From Naegleria gruberi (taxonomy: Eukaryota), in assembly GCA_000004985.1 (NCBI GenBank), contig GG738849.1: a DNA stretch of 64,000 bases; one strand, written 5' to 3'. The translations under genes and the position numbers were made by a program. Shown here one piece after another: positions 20,569 through 33,116 of the stretch (positions are counted from its first letter, which is position 1; every line of letters begins with the position of its first letter). The notes beneath the pieces were generated by a model. That model saw only the letters and a list, made by a program, of their open reading frames with translations. It searched no databases and was not told the origin of the DNA.

Positions 20569-21020
20569 CTCTTATTTTCTTTGTTCTTATTTTTTTCAAT
20601 TTTGTTATTTTTAGATTGAAATTCTTTCGTGTTGTTCTTTGTGTGTTTTAAATCAAAAATTTGTGCTGTTGGGAATTGTCCATTTCTCTTATTATTGTTG
20701 AAGATGAAAGGAAAAGTGTTATTATTAAACTTGAGAGCTACGGAAGGGATTCCGTGTGAGTGAGGATGAACTTGTTTGAAAATGCTCAATGAGTTTGAAA
20801 GTGGAATAATCCTTTGCACAGTCAACAGAACTTGTTTACAAATGTTCATTAGTCTGGTGTGAATTGGAGAACGCAAGATAATGGTACAGGCAGAGGTTTC
20901 CAAAACAGGAAATACAAAAAAAATTAAAAAATGAACATCATCTCACATATCTTAAATATCAAATTATGCAAAATATAGGGAAAATAATGAATGTTGAGCT
21001 AGAAAATACAAAAATTTTTA

Positions 21021-21091
21021 CTCGAGTGCCGGGAATTGAACCCGGGTCGCCAGAGTGACAGTCTGGAATGCTACCACTATACCACACCCGA
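21021..21091 (-). tRNA. tRNA-Asp (anticodon GUC)
   Basis: The reverse complement is TCGGGTGTGGTATAGTGGTAGCATTCCAGACTGTCACTCTGGCGACCCGGGTTCAATTCCCGGCACTCGAG. The acceptor stem is TCGGGTG/CACTCGA (one G-U pair) and the anticodon loop is CTGTCAC. A T5 run lies at 21014..21010 on the minus strand, 6 nt downstream. Confidence 0.95.
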
Positions 21092-21282
21092 TTTTACATT
21101 ACATACACATTGAGTAATGAAACTAGTCTTATTACCTTAGTACCATTTATATTATGTTCTGTTATCTTCAATATTTACACCATTAACCAAGAAGGTGTTA
21201 TCGGGATAACATCCAATAAGCATTGTTTTTCTTCAATCAACCTTCTTGCTTGCATGAGAAAGGAATTGATGATTAGTTGAAA

Positions 21283-22506
21283 TCAAATCAAATTTCCTTC
21301 ATTCTGTAACTCTGTTTCAATAAATATTTGATCACTCAAAGAGAATAAGTCTTGGTGAGGCAAATAAACATGTTGATAATAGCTTTTGAAAAAGTGAATG
21401 GCTGAACAAGCTATATTTCCAAAATATGCTCCTCCACTATGCAAACCCATTATTCTTGTTGAAATGTAACTCTTCTGGAACAAGTTTTTTAGTTCGGTTT
21501 CATTGATTGTTATTTGATCATATTTCACAATCTCTCCTAACCGGTCGACATTGATTCTACACTTAAATAAAGGCCCTCCAGAGCAACAGATAGTGGTTCC
21601 ACAATTGTAAACAGGGTTGTTCCCTGGCTTACAAGATGTAGTCCATCCAAAAGACAGGGCCATATCGAAGGGAATAATTTTCCAAACATCTTCAATTTCA
21701 AATCCAATCTCTCTTAATCTTTTAAATTCTCTACAGTCATTATCAAAGGTGCCTTTTGTGAAATAGCCAATAAGCAAAGTTGAATAAATGCACGGATATC
21801 CTTCTGTTTCTGTAAAATGGTTTAATGCTCTTGATTCTGATGGAGAAGGAATTAATGTTAACGAATCTTCTAAAAGGTCGTTCGTCATCCCAGAGGTAAC
21901 CTTCAAAAGTGCCCAGTCAGAGGAGTGGTCTTTTTTCGTTTTAAAATCTCCTGTTTCCACTAGACTACCATCACACTCCTTAAATTGCCCACCATTACTC
22001 AAGACAATGAAAATTCCCTTAATAATTGGATTATTCATCTCTTTAGGATAAAATATATGAGCACTTGTTAAAGCCATCATATAGTCCAAAGATTTATCTT
22101 TCAAGACAATAACACCACTTCCAATGAAGGAACGGGTTTCGTATCCTTCTTGTAGAATGACTGTTATTTTGCATGAGTGAGCATATATGGACTTTAAAGC
22201 ACAATCTTGAGAAGCAAAACTCCACTCTTTTTCAAGAAACTTTGGAGTGATAAGGTTGTGGTAATTAATTTTTCTCTTTGCATCTGTCTTGAGGAGTGCA
22301 ACAGAGTTTCCTTTGAAATGTTTTTGCTCAGTTTCTGTTAGTTCTTCATTGGAAATCAACTTATCCTTATTAATTACATTAAAGAACACAGTTTCCCAAA
22401 CAATATCTTCATCATTGGTCTCGAATGAAAATTCAGGAATGTTATTACTAACGGCAAAACATTCATCAGGGCTATCGAGTTGAACTTCTGGTTCTGGTTC
22501 TAACAT
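21283..22506 (-). CDS. trypsin-like (chymotrypsin-fold) serine peptidase domain protein
   Basis: Candidate catalytic triad contexts are LTSAHIFYP (His), SDWALLKV (Asp) and CCSGGPLF (Ser). I chose the first ATG, at 22506 (MLEPEPE..), and the ORF track extends further upstream from a non-ATG codon. Confidence 0.55.
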   Translation of the reverse strand: MLEPEPEVQLDSPDECFAVSNNIPEFSFETNDEDIVWETVFFNVINKDKLISNEELTETEQKHFKGNSVALLKTDAKRKINYHNLITPKFLEKEWSFASQDCALKSIYAHSCKITVILQEGYETRSFIGSGVIVLKDKSLDYMMALTSAHIFYPKEMNNPIIKGIFIVLSNGGQFKECDGSLVETGDFKTKKDHSSDWALLKVTSGMTNDLLEDSLTLIPSPSESRALNHFTETEGYPCIYSTLLIGYFTKGTFDNDCREFKRLREIGFEIEDVWKIIPFDMALSFGWTTSCKPGNNPVYNCGTTICCSGGPLFKCRINVDRLGEIVKYDQITINETELKNLFQKSYISTRIMGLHSGGAYFGNIACSAIHFFKSYYQHVYLPHQDLFSLSDQIFIETELQNEGNLI

Positions 22507-22686
22507 ACTAAGGCTATTATTTTTTTTTGATTTTAAAATTATTCCTAATAGTGTTTGATGAATGTTTGGTAGTGAAATTGGAGAACTCAAGATAATGATG
22601 GAAAACCATCCTCGACGAATAATAACTTTAATGGAAATAGTTTGGCATGTTGCATTGTAAATTGATCCTATCAAAAGTTAAAAAAA

Positions 22687-23391
22687 ATGTCAAAAGATAA
22701 TTTGTTATTTCTTGTTGTTATCATTGTTGGTGTATTGACTCATCTCTCTACACAAACATCATATCCACTATCCGAATCCATCACAACAATGATCAAACAA
22801 TCTCGCCAACAATATTCTGAAGCAAGTCGTTTCGAATACATGAAGAAACTTTCCGAAACTAAAAATCAACGTTCAGTTCTTGCCACTTCAGGTGTAGAAT
22901 CTGGTACATGGTTACTAGGTGATATGACACTGTTTGATAAGAATTGCGATCAATCAGTTCTTCCATTCACTCAAATGCAGTCAACTGGAAATGACATTAC
23001 AATTTCACATATCATTGGCAACTTTAAAATGTCAATTGGAACCATCATTCAAAGACCATTAAGTAATTTATATAATGCCATTCTTTCCTATGATGGGGAT
23101 AGTATTCCAATTTGTTTTAATTTTAAAGATGGACAACTGGCATTTACTTCTGATTTCTTACTTTGTTCCTCAGTTGACAATTTCACACCAACTTGCCAAG
23201 CATCAAATGGAAATATTTACAATATTGCAATTGTTTACAAATCACCTGGTTCAATTTCTGGAGGAGTAACTGCAGCATTAGTTATTGGAATTGTTTTGGT
23301 ATGTTTACTGATTTTGTGTTGTTTCATTTGTTGTATTGTTTGCATGGTAAGAAGTGGAAGATCTCAAACAAATTATGGAAGATTAAATTAA
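22687..23391 (+). CDS. hypothetical type-I membrane protein with a Cys-rich juxtamembrane tail
   Basis: Signal peptide (LLFLVVIIVGVLTHLS), a luminal domain, and a C-terminal TM followed by CLLILCCFICCIVCMVRSGR. Confidence 0.5.
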   Translation: MSKDNLLFLVVIIVGVLTHLSTQTSYPLSESITTMIKQSRQQYSEASRFEYMKKLSETKNQRSVLATSGVESGTWLLGDMTLFDKNCDQSVLPFTQMQSTGNDITISHIIGNFKMSIGTIIQRPLSNLYNAILSYDGDSIPICFNFKDGQLAFTSDFLLCSSVDNFTPTCQASNGNIYNIAIVYKSPGSISGGVTAALVIGIVLVCLLILCCFICCIVCMVRSGRSQTNYGRLN

Positions 23392-23663
23392 AGTCATCTG
23401 CAAATGCAAACCATCTTTCATTCAAATTATTTGGTGTAAATAAATCTCTTTTTCAGATTCTAATTCGTGAACAGTCAAAGAACTTTGCAAAGTATTCATG
23501 CATGAATAAAATTTAATATTTTGTTTTATTATTGTATGAACTTGTTAAATTCAATACCATTTAAACTTCAGGAACCAATTTTGCAGGACCTATTCATTGG
23601 AATTAATGAGGAATAAATCATCATATGATGAAGTGTTTCATGTAAGGAAAACAAACAATAATT

Positions 23664-23927
23664 CTACATACCAGTCGATCTCTTATAAATTAAAATACCC
23701 CACAAAATACTCCAAACCCATCCGACAACAAACCATGAAGTAAACATTTGCAAAAGACCGAATATTATGCAATAAGTCTTCTTCTTATCCTTCTTAGTCA
23801 AAAAGGCAGCAATAAAGGTACCCAAACCTGGCCAGATAATATTCAAAATCAACAAAATAATTGGCCAGTTATCCTCCACCTTTGGAATATACTTTAACAA
23901 TGATTTTAAGAGACCTGCTTCAGACAT
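23664..23927 (-). CDS. small 2-TM protein, SPEC3/Stum-like
   Basis: 87 aa containing ..IIWPGLGTFIAAFL.. and ..VVGWVWSILWGILIY... This resembles the GW(I/V)WS(I/V)xWG motif of that family as I recall it. Confidence 0.4.
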   Translation of the reverse strand: MSEAGLLKSLLKYIPKVEDNWPIILLILNIIWPGLGTFIAAFLTKKDKKKTYCIIFGLLQMFTSWFVVGWVWSILWGILIYKRSTGM

Positions 23928-23964
23928 TTTGTGTTGAGTTTTTTTTATGTTGTTGTGGCTATTA

Positions 23965-23978
23965 AAATGGCGCCAAAT
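23965..23978. promoter_or_regulatory. W-run/GGCGCC/W-run motif (E2F-like site)
   Basis: AAATGGCGCCAAAT, with GGCGCC at 23969..23974, about 45 bp upstream of the minus-strand ATG at 23927. Confidence 0.4.
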
Positions 23979-24479
23979 TGTAATTTAAGGTTTTGGAGCC
24001 TTCCTAAAAGGGATGATGAGAAAGTGATGGCCGAAAGGTGTGACCTGAATGGCTGTGGATTGGCTACAAGTGGAAAGGATGGTAGACAATTAGTCTATGC
24101 TGAGAAGTTGTGGAAAAGGACATGGCTTTAACCAATTCCAAATTGTTGCAAGTCAAGGAAATTCAAACAATTTCATGAACTATCTCAATTGTACTTCAAA
24201 TTTTCAAACTATTCCAGTAGCACAGTTCAGTTGTGAAATCAGAACCTCAATCTCCTTAAACATCTCAAAAACCCCTCCATCAACATTCAAAGCGATCAGT
24301 CACCACGGATAATAGCAAACATAGTTTAGGAACTGTCTTCATTTTCATTGGACTGAAAATAAGAAAAAAAATAGCAACCTTAACCTTGAAATTAACCCCC
24401 AAACAATTCAAAATTAATAAAACAACTCTCCGTTAGGTCAAATTCAATTAAGAATTTTTGATTGAAAAGTTGAAAAAAA

Positions 24480-25787
24480 ATGAACGTGCAACACATAAAG
24501 ACCATTTCATCTTCCTCCTCAGAGGATGAACGAATTTCCATTATCAAATCAGAGAAAGCCTCTTCATCATCAGCATCACGTAGAAAAGTAATTTTAGGAA
24601 TTTCCATCACAATGATTATTCTGGTGATTTGTTTGATTGTTTTGGGAGTAATTGTGATGGCTATTTGTTTTGGAGTTGGTTCATATGTGTGGGATTTAGC
24701 ATTTGGAACTGATAAAGCAGAGGATTGTCCGAATAGTGTGAGACAGAACAGACCTTGGAATTTTACTGTGGCCGATGCTGATTATTGTCCTCCCTTGGTT
24801 GATTCCTATAATTATTCATTGTTGAAGAATGTTTATTTGAATTATGATGAAATTAAACCATATTTTGAGGAGGTTACATTTAAATCGAGAGATACTGAGT
24901 GGGTTGCAAGTGGAAGTGGAAATATTGTTGGAAATTTGGTGTTACAACCAGTTGTGAATGAAACGAGTCGTTTTGTGATTGTTGTGCACGGATATCAATG
25001 TTGTAGATTTACGTATGCAAGTGTTGAGCCAGCTGCCATGCTCTATAGAAATGGATTCAATGTCTTGTATATTGATTTGAGAAATTATGGAGATTCTGAT
25101 ATTTATGCTCCAAATCCATACGCTTCATATGGTTATTATGAACATCGTGATGTTTTGGGAGCTTTGGATTATTTGGAGAGTAGATTTAAATTCCTAAAGA
25201 ATGCTTCACAACCAAGAGTGGCTGTTTTTGGAACTTCAATGGTAAGTCTTTCAGGAAATAATTATTGAAACTAAACTGTTCAGGGAGCTGCAACCTCATT
25301 GATTGCCTTCTCACAAGAGAAGAGATTCAAAATGGTATTTGCCGATTCACCACCTTGTAACGTGTACGAAACAATAATGTTTGGAGCTGAACAAATTGCT
25401 CCTGGCATGTCGGGTGCCCTTTTTAATTTAGCCAAATCAGTAGTTGCAATTAAGGGAACTCAAGGATTTCCACCATTCCCTCTCGATCCTCAAACATGCA
25501 TGAAAACTGTTGACCTATCAGGAGAGAGAAGAATATTCTTCTTCCAAGGTTCATCAGATTATGTAGTTCCAGAATTCAATTATTATCAATGTATTGAAGC
25601 AGCTACCGCCAGTGCCAAATCTCAGAACGTAAACATTACAGAAAAGATCAATTCACACTTGTTTGAAGTGGATTATTCCAAGATTAGTGGAAGAGGAGTT
25701 GATTTTTGTGATGGACACCTGGTGCCAATGTATGTCGATCCTGCAGGATATGAAAAGATAATGATTGGATTTTTCAAAGATTTGTAG
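24480..25787 (+). CDS. membrane-anchored alpha/beta-hydrolase
   Basis: N-terminal TM (ILGISITMIILVICLIVLGVIVMAICFGV). The nucleophile elbow G-T-S-M-G is reconstituted across a 42-nt GTAAGT..CAG intron at 25242..25283 (..VAVFGTSM|GAATSLIAF..). Exons are 24480..25241 and 25284..25787. Confidence 0.7.
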
Positions 25788-26151
25788 AAATACATTAATT
25801 TATTCTTATACTTTGATTGGAGCCACTTGATACTCTAGGTGGTGTTTCAATATTGCTTTTTCTACAATTTCATGAACCAATGATACTTTGATCTACTTTG
25901 GTTGAAAGATTCAAATCCTTGAGGACCAGGAACTCCATGTTAACAAGTATCCCTTCTTAGCGACCTTATTCTTGAGCTCCACTGAAGAACAAATATACGA
26001 ATTGAATTTAAAGCAAAACTTAAGATGAAAAAGATTATAACACTTCTTAAAATTTTTAAATAGTAATTCTGCAAACTCAAACCTTGAATATTGAATTTCC
26101 ACCTTATGTTTTTGAATTCTTGCACCTTTACAAAATTTCCACTAATAAAAA

Positions 26152-26682
26152 ATGTTGAAACACATCCGATCATCATCCGTTCTGATGAACACAAAGAGAT
26201 TCTACACAACAACAATTATTAACAAATTCATGAATAATTCATCATTATTATCATCATCATCAGCACCAACAACAACCACTACTGAACATACACCACTTGG
26301 TGATTTTCCCTTCACTCAAACTCAATACATCGGAGCAATCAATAGAACTGTCGATAGAATTACAGAAGTATTGGATAAATTCTATGATTCGGAGGTGGAT
26401 AACTTGGAAGAGAAGGGTATGGATTTGGAGGTTGAAGGAGGACATGATGGAGTTGTAAATATTAAAGTCACAACAAGTGAAGATAAGCTGATGGTTTTTG
26501 TAGTTTCGAGACAAACCCCTGCTAGAGAGTTGTGGCTTTCGAGTGCCATCAGTGGACCTTGGCATTATAGATATGATCATGTCAATGATGATTGGATTTG
26601 CACACGAGAGGGACATTTGAAATTTTGGCAAAGAATGGAAAAGGAATTATCACAAGTTTTAGAACAGGAAATTAAATTTTAA
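26152..26682 (+). CDS. FXN: frataxin (mitochondrial iron-sulfur cluster assembly)
   Basis: Presequence-like N-terminus. The core ..YIGAINRTVDRITEVLDKF..GVVNIKV..VVSRQTPARELWLSSAISGPWHY..WICTREGHLKFWQRMEKEL matches the frataxin fold signature (..Q.W.SSP.SGP..). Confidence 0.85.
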   Translation: MLKHIRSSSVLMNTKRFYTTTIINKFMNNSSLLSSSSAPTTTTTEHTPLGDFPFTQTQYIGAINRTVDRITEVLDKFYDSEVDNLEEKGMDLEVEGGHDGVVNIKVTTSEDKLMVFVVSRQTPARELWLSSAISGPWHYRYDHVNDDWICTREGHLKFWQRMEKELSQVLEQEIKF

Positions 26683-26883
26683 ATATTCATGATATCATGC
26701 TTTTTAAATTATTATTATTTGATTCCGAATTGATGAATTGTAATTGTTTTAACTATATTTAAAAAGGACAAGATTGTAAAAAAATAAAATATTATTGTAA
26801 TAATACATATATAAATAATTTTATTTTTCCTTAGGGCTCTATTACAAGCACTGTAGTTGTCTCTTATCTACAAATTTACACAT

Positions 26884-27840
26884 TTAAATGAATGGAATGT
26901 CAACACCCAATCTCCATTGTGCCAAAGTGAGAGCAATACCACTCATAATTGGAATTGACAAGTTATCATTAATCTGATCGAGGAAAAGTTCAGTAAGTGT
27001 GGCAGTAATTGCACCAACAAGTGAAATATATTCATAGAGATGAACATGATAAAAGATTGAAAATCCAACAAGGAGACAAACTAAAAAGTTTGCAATGCAT
27101 CCTTCCAATGATTTGCTCTTGTAAACTCTAACTCTACCAAATGAAATACCAACCAATGCAGCAGACAAGTCACCCAAATCCAAGAATAAAAGAGAAGCAA
27201 TAGCAATTGTTGGTTGGAAAAGAATCATTGTCAAGAGTGAACCAATCAAATAATAAGTAGAACCGTTGATATCATTAATTTCCTTCTTTCTCATAATTCT
27301 ACCAGCTGGTGAATCTTGGAAAAACTTGTTGAATTTGTCAGAATTTAATCTCAAAATCTAATTTACATGACATTATGATAATTGACAAGATTCATAAAAC
27401 ATCATAAATCATCAAATAACAAATTGTCATTATTTAAATAATATTATGATCAAATAGTCATCACAACAAGATATTTAAATAATAATAAACGTAATTGTTA
27501 TCACCAACAGTATCGGATCATCATGATGACAAATAAAATTCAACCACTATAAACTTACATCAACTGCAAGTGAAAGACCAGCAAATCCAGCAACAATAGA
27601 ACAAGCATAGAATTGAGACAAGAATTCAAACTTCAATCCAAAATAATAAATACCAGGAACCAACAAACCAATCAAGTGGAATGTCTTTCTCTTAAATTCA
27701 CTCATAAATTTAGCAGCTCTTTGTTTGGATGTTCCTAAAAATTCTCGTACTTGTTGTTGAACACCTTTTCCTTTGAGAAACACTGACACTACCAGGGCAC
27801 TGATAGTCATGACCGTTAAGAGAATCCACAAGAGGTTCAT
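26884..27840 (-). CDS. polyprenol/dolichol kinase-family (CTP-dependent) integral membrane protein
   Basis: Exons are 27840..27559 and 27357..26884, with a 201-nt GTAAGT..TAG intron at 27558..27358. The protein is multi-TM. The C-terminal block GDLSAALVGISFGR..KSLEGCIANFLVC resembles the cytidylyltransferase/dolichol-kinase family motif. Confidence 0.5.
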
Positions 27841-28021
27841 GGTGTTGTTGAATTTTTTTTAAAATTAGTGGTGGAGTTTTATTTGAGTGCCATTGATGTT
27901 CAATGTTCGAAGTTTCTCAAGTGAATCAATTCACAAAATAAAATTAGATGGGAATCAAAAAATTGTAATAGAAGAAATGAAATAAAGAATAAAAGAAGAG
28001 ATGTGTTGGCCATCTTTCTTT

Positions 28022-28053
28022 GAAAATCTTTAACGAAAATCTTTAGCGAAAAG
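28022..28053. repeat. 13-bp tandem repeat, 2.5 copies
   Basis: GAAAATCTTTAAC GAAAATCTTTAGC GAAAAG, lying in the spacer upstream of ATG 27840. Confidence 0.6.
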
Positions 28054-28198
28054 GATATCCTAAACAGTTCCCTTATAATTTCTTCTTACAAATTGTAACA
28101 CCATTGGAGAATATGAAAGAATTTCCAAATTATGATAAATAGTTTTTTGTTTTTTAATGATTCGATTCCAAAATTGTTCAGTTACTGAACTAGTTAAT

Positions 28199-29626
28199 TT
28201 ACAAATTCTTAAAGATTGAAACAACAGATGTCTTGTCGTTACCACCCATGTTAGCACAGACACCGACTTCCAAACTTCCATTCAATTGGTAATCACCTGC
28301 CTTACCCTTCATTTGCTTGAAAACTTCGTTAATTTGTTTAACACCAGTAGCCTTAATAAAAGAGTAAATAAATTATTATACTAAATACTTACACCAACAG
28401 GGTGACCGAATGAGATCAAACCACCACCAGTATTGACCATAGGCTTTGTCAAGTGGAGGAAAGCACCTTCACCTGGCTTGGAGAAGCCCAAAGCTTCATT
28501 CATACCAACTTCAGCAATAGCAAAACAGTCGTGAACTTCAGCAATGGAAACATCAGATGGTGAAACACCAGCCTTCTTGTAAGCTCTCTTAGCAGCAGCA
28601 TAAGTGGTCAACAAGTCAGAGAATGTTTCTGGAGTATCTTGATACAAGTTACCAATGGCAACTTCGGAGGCCAAAACTTCAATAGCATCAGAGTGCTTCA
28701 AGCCCAATTTTTGCAAACCTTCTTCACTGAGAACCAAAAGACCAGCACCACCATCGGAAACTTGAGAACATTCACACATCTTCAAAAAGTCCTTAATTTC
28801 TGGGTTAGAAAGGAATTTTGGTGAATCAATAATACCTTGATGATCGAGTTTAGAAGTGAACATTTGAGCCAATGGATTCTTATTACCAGCTTGATAGGCC
28901 TTGAAAGCAACCTTTTCGACATCTTCAGATTTAACAATTGAACCATACTTCTTCAAGTAGTGCATCTTACGAGTAGCATACCTATTTCATGATCAATTTC
29001 ATTTGTTCGGAATGAATATTTCATTTCGGAATTTGGTAATAATTCATCACACAATTAAAAAATCATTAAATAATTAAAAACATACAAAGCTGGGAATGTA
29101 AATTCATCGAGAACACGTTGTCTATTGAAATCGGCAGCCTTTGCCAAGTGAGCAGCACCTTCACGAGCACTGACAGTATTTTGTTCTTCGGCACCGACAA
29201 CCAAAGCAACATCACTGGTACCAGCCAAAATAGAGTCAACAGCAGCATTGAAAGCAACTAAAATTCATGAATAAATTAATCATGAAAATTAAACTTACCA
29301 CCACCAGAAGCACAAGCAGCTTCCAATCTATAAGATGGCTTGTACAACAAACCAGCATCGGCTTCAGAAATACCTGAACCAATGTGACCTTGTTGAGAGA
29401 AGCATTCACCAGCAAAGTTACCAACGAAAACTTTATCAACTTGTTTACCAGTACACTTATTCATCTTGAGGGTTTCTTGGATAGCTTGGACCAAATAAGT
29501 CTTCAAATCTGGATTGACTTGCTTGCCAAAGAGTGGGTGCTTCTTGTGAATAAAATCTGGATGACCCTTGCCAATAAACTTGGAGGTATAACCACCCAAA
29601 ACGTAGACCTTTCTGAGAGAGCTCAT
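28199..29626 (-). CDS. SCP2-type (SCPx-like) 3-ketoacyl-CoA thiolase
   Basis: Four exons: 29626..29299, 29257..29086, 28981..28393 and 28351..28199. Introns are 41, 104 and 41 nt. The active-site contexts are RLEAACASGGG, EVHDCFAI and GGGLISFGHPVGATG (reconstituted across the last intron). Confidence 0.8.
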
Positions 29627-30232
29627 TGTATGTATTGTTAGTGTTTTGATATTTTTTTTTGCTTGAAATTCTGCGCATTCATGCAAAGTGCGTCCCACCT
29701 TGGAAAATAAAGCGAGAAAATTTTGTAAAACCTCGCGTTTTGATCTGTTAAAATGTGTAAAAAAGAACCCAACAATATTTAGCGAGATTTAGGTCACTAC
29801 TCAATTCATTGTTCACCACCTTTGTTGTTTTTTCAATGTGAATGAACCAACTTTTTAAGGTTCAAATAAGGTAGGTTTTGGATTTTGATGATTTGCCTTA
29901 AAGATTTCCAAATGGCGAATTACATAACATCCTATAATAGTTATGGATTGTTGACTTTTCAAATTTATTTTCTGGCATGTGAAATATGTCATTATCTCTC
30001 ATGTGAAAGAATTTCTGGTTTAAGTATTTAACTAAGATGAAATTACCTTTACCTGATTGAATAAATAGTTAAATGTCCTTGATATTCTTAAAATTAATAG
30101 GAACAAACTCACAAAATTAATATTAAATTAATAAGAATGAAAAAGATAATATGATGTACATCCATTATATTAAGCAGAGAAAACAATTTATATATTGAAT
30201 TAATTTTAAATGAATAAATATTTTTTAAAAAA

Positions 30233-30436
30233 ATGTTCACCACATCCCTTGTTTGCCAAATGTCGGCAAGATTCACCAAGGCTCAAATTCGTCGTCTCCG
30301 TGAAACTAGAAACTTGCAAAAGCTCCGTGAAGAACAAAAGCAAACTCTCAACAAGCGTTATTATCCTGCTTTGGAACCAACTTGGCACAAGAAGGCTTCT
30401 TGGAAGAAGCTTGTTGAATCAGTGCAACAACAATAA
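30233..30436 (+). CDS. small basic protein (67 aa), possibly mitochondrial
   Basis: ATG with an A-run context. Product is MFTTSLVCQMSARFTKAQIRRLRETRNLQKLREEQ... It is preferred over the overlapping ORF at 30210..30479 on composition only. Confidence 0.3.
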   Translation: MFTTSLVCQMSARFTKAQIRRLRETRNLQKLREEQKQTLNKRYYPALEPTWHKKASWKKLVESVQQQ

Positions 30437-30951
30437 TTTAACTAATAACAATAACCTAATTTTTGGAACGAGTTTATAGTATCATAGTATCGGAACATCA
30501 GAAAATAAAACATTAAAAAACATTCGCAAATTCTCCAACAATTATCTTTCAATCATTATCTTATTTCCCAACAAAACAAATTAGAAATAATTTTAAAAAA
30601 CTATTTCTTGCCTCCAACTCTGCTCACCTGGACAATGTGTGAATAGGTTTAATATGGTCAAGGAATCTATCAACCCCCGTATAGACTACATCTAGTGGAA
30701 GCCAGAAAATAGCTTTTAAGAGGTTTTAAATTGGGTAAAGATTTACGCAATGTATTTTCCTTCTGGATTATTGTATTTGACAAAAATGAGATTTACTTTT
30801 GGTTTTTTAATTTTAAAATATTATTTAATTGTTTTAAAAGATTCTAAACAATTTAGATTTCATTATTCTATAAAATTGAACATAACTAAAAGATAATATA
30901 TTAAACTGGGCAGATAAAGAAACATTCAATTATTAATAACATTAAAAAAAA

Positions 30952-33084
30952 ATGAGTTCATCCCAAACACCATCATCACAACAAGGAGGTGAGTCATCCA
31001 ATCCACCTTCAAGTAGCAGCAGCAGTGGTATCAATCAATACAATACTTCTCAAGCTACAGGAGGTTCCTCGTCATCTTATTATGGTCGGGGTAGTGGTAG
31101 TAGCGGTGGTGGTGGAAATACTTCAGCCTCTTCTCATCATTCATATAATAATAATTATAATTATTATTCTAGGTCTTCCGGTGGTAGTAGTAGTGGAGGT
31201 TATAATTATAATCGCTCTGGAAATTATTACAATAATAGTGGACATTATTCACAAAGTCAACAACCTTCTTCGACATCATCATCGTCATCGACGAGTGGTA
31301 ATACCAACCCAAATTCTGCAAATCCACAACCACCTCCACCTACAAGTGGTAGTGATAATTCTACAATGTCTACATCGGCAACAAATGTGACTGCCGCAAC
31401 AGGAGCCTCTTCATCATCTATGAGTCAGGATGGAGGAAATTCTCAATCATCCTATCATCAGTATGGTAATTATAGAAGATTTGGAAATGATCAACAACAA
31501 ATGTATTCGGGAAGAGATTATTATTATAGAAGAGATGCAGGATATGATCAATATAGAACAGATGACATGTCATATAATAGATCCTACTATCAACAAAACT
31601 ATCAAAGAAAGAATTTTTCCTCTCCAAGTGGTTACAATAACAAGTATTATTACAATACCACAAGTCCATATACAAGCTATCATGCAAGTAGCAATCCAAC
31701 TGCAGCAGCTGCTGCATTAGCTTCTAGGCAATCCAGCGAACAGTCCAAGTCACAAACCAACACTTCAACATCAACTACTACCAGTAACGAGACTACCCCA
31801 AGCAAAAATTCAACAGTATCAAATGCAACAAATGTAACAACAACAACAGTGGATTCTACCAATCCTCCCCAACAAACCACAACAACACCTCCACCACCAA
31901 CTGTTAGCAATAGTAATGCTATGAGTAGTGGCAACACTTCAGTGCCATCCACACCAACCAAGTCTGTCACAAATGCAACAGACCAGCAGCCAGTTACACC
32001 TTCGGAAAAGAGCTATTCATCACATTATCACGATGTTAATTCATATGGATCTCATTACGATCCAAATTTAATGCAAGATGACATGTACAAGTACGATCAT
32101 GATTACTATGGATACGATAGAAGATATAATTATCAAATGAGAGGAAGAGATTATTACGATCACAGAGGAACTTATCAAACTGATCCAAACTATAGGTACG
32201 CATCACCAAAGGATGCCTATGCCTACAATTCAGCAACAGGTTATGACCATCGTTCTTCCACAAGTGGTGTTAATACTTCTTCTTCACAAGTTTCCTCTTC
32301 GACTGGTACTCCAACCAGTGCAACAAGTGTTGATAAGGCATCTTTTTGGAACAATCCTCAATATAATAGAGATAATTATTACTACAAGCAACAACAGCCA
32401 TACCAAGGAGCATATAGTACACAATCAACAACCAATGCTTCATATAGCACCCCTCCAAGACAAAATCTTCAAGTTGACACCAGATTCAATAATGCCAACT
32501 ATAATAAGGCCAATGCATCAGCTTCCACACCTATTTCTACACCTTCCAAATTGTCTTCAACAGCTGGAAATTTCTCTACTCAACCTTCAACACCAACTAG
32601 TGCCTTATCTAATCGACCAACAACAACGCCAATAAGTGCTAACACTGTTGCTTACGTAAACCAATCAGTTTTTCCAACTAACAGCCAACCTGTTGAGCAG
32701 CAACAACCTCCAATGTGGGATTATAATGATTATATGGGAACTTTTAAATATTATGATAGTCAAACTCAAAAACATATTATTCGTGTAAGTGAGGGAGACA
32801 ATGAATTGGATATGATTAATGAAAGCTTGGAGAGAATAAGGGAGGAAAAGAGACAACTCTATGAGAAATATCTTGCCTCACAAAAGAGGGTTTTGGAAAC
32901 TGACTATAATTTAATGTTGGCTGAGCTTGATGTCATTGTCTCCAGCACATCAACTATGGACACCACCCCAGAAACAGTCACTCCTCCAATTTCTGAAACT
33001 AGTTTCTCTACTACTACTACTTCTTTAGATATTACATCCCCACAAACACAACTCGATACAAGTGCCATGCAAATTTCAGTATAG
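30952..33084 (+). CDS. S/N/Y/Q/T-rich low-complexity (prion-like) protein with a short C-terminal coiled coil
   Basis: 710-aa uninterrupted ORF. ATG after A9. The only structured-looking part is ..INESLERIREEKRQLYEKYLASQKRVLETDYNLMLAELD... Confidence 0.5.
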   Translation: MSSSQTPSSQQGGESSNPPSSSSSSGINQYNTSQATGGSSSSYYGRGSGSSGGGGNTSASSHHSYNNNYNYYSRSSGGSSSGGYNYNRSGNYYNNSGHYSQSQQPSSTSSSSSTSGNTNPNSANPQPPPPTSGSDNSTMSTSATNVTAATGASSSSMSQDGGNSQSSYHQYGNYRRFGNDQQQMYSGRDYYYRRDAGYDQYRTDDMSYNRSYYQQNYQRKNFSSPSGYNNKYYYNTTSPYTSYHASSNPTAAAAALASRQSSEQSKSQTNTSTSTTTSNETTPSKNSTVSNATNVTTTTVDSTNPPQQTTTTPPPPTVSNSNAMSSGNTSVPSTPTKSVTNATDQQPVTPSEKSYSSHYHDVNSYGSHYDPNLMQDDMYKYDHDYYGYDRRYNYQMRGRDYYDHRGTYQTDPNYRYASPKDAYAYNSATGYDHRSSTSGVNTSSSQVSSSTGTPTSATSVDKASFWNNPQYNRDNYYYKQQQPYQGAYSTQSTTNASYSTPPRQNLQVDTRFNNANYNKANASASTPISTPSKLSSTAGNFSTQPSTPTSALSNRPTTTPISANTVAYVNQSVFPTNSQPVEQQQPPMWDYNDYMGTFKYYDSQTQKHIIRVSEGDNELDMINESLERIREEKRQLYEKYLASQKRVLETDYNLMLAELDVIVSSTSTMDTTPETVTPPISETSFSTTTTSLDITSPQTQLDTSAMQISV

Positions 33085-33116
33085 CCCTAGATAGAATAAA
33101 GCTACATTTACTGCTT

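Noticed and set aside
1-29626. A lipid/sterol theme (squalene synthase, ML/NPC2-like, alpha/beta-hydrolase, polyprenol-kinase-like, SCP2-thiolase) as a metabolic cluster
   Set aside because: The genes are dispersed among unrelated housekeeping genes, in mixed orientations. They share no intergenic motifs and no pathway contiguity.
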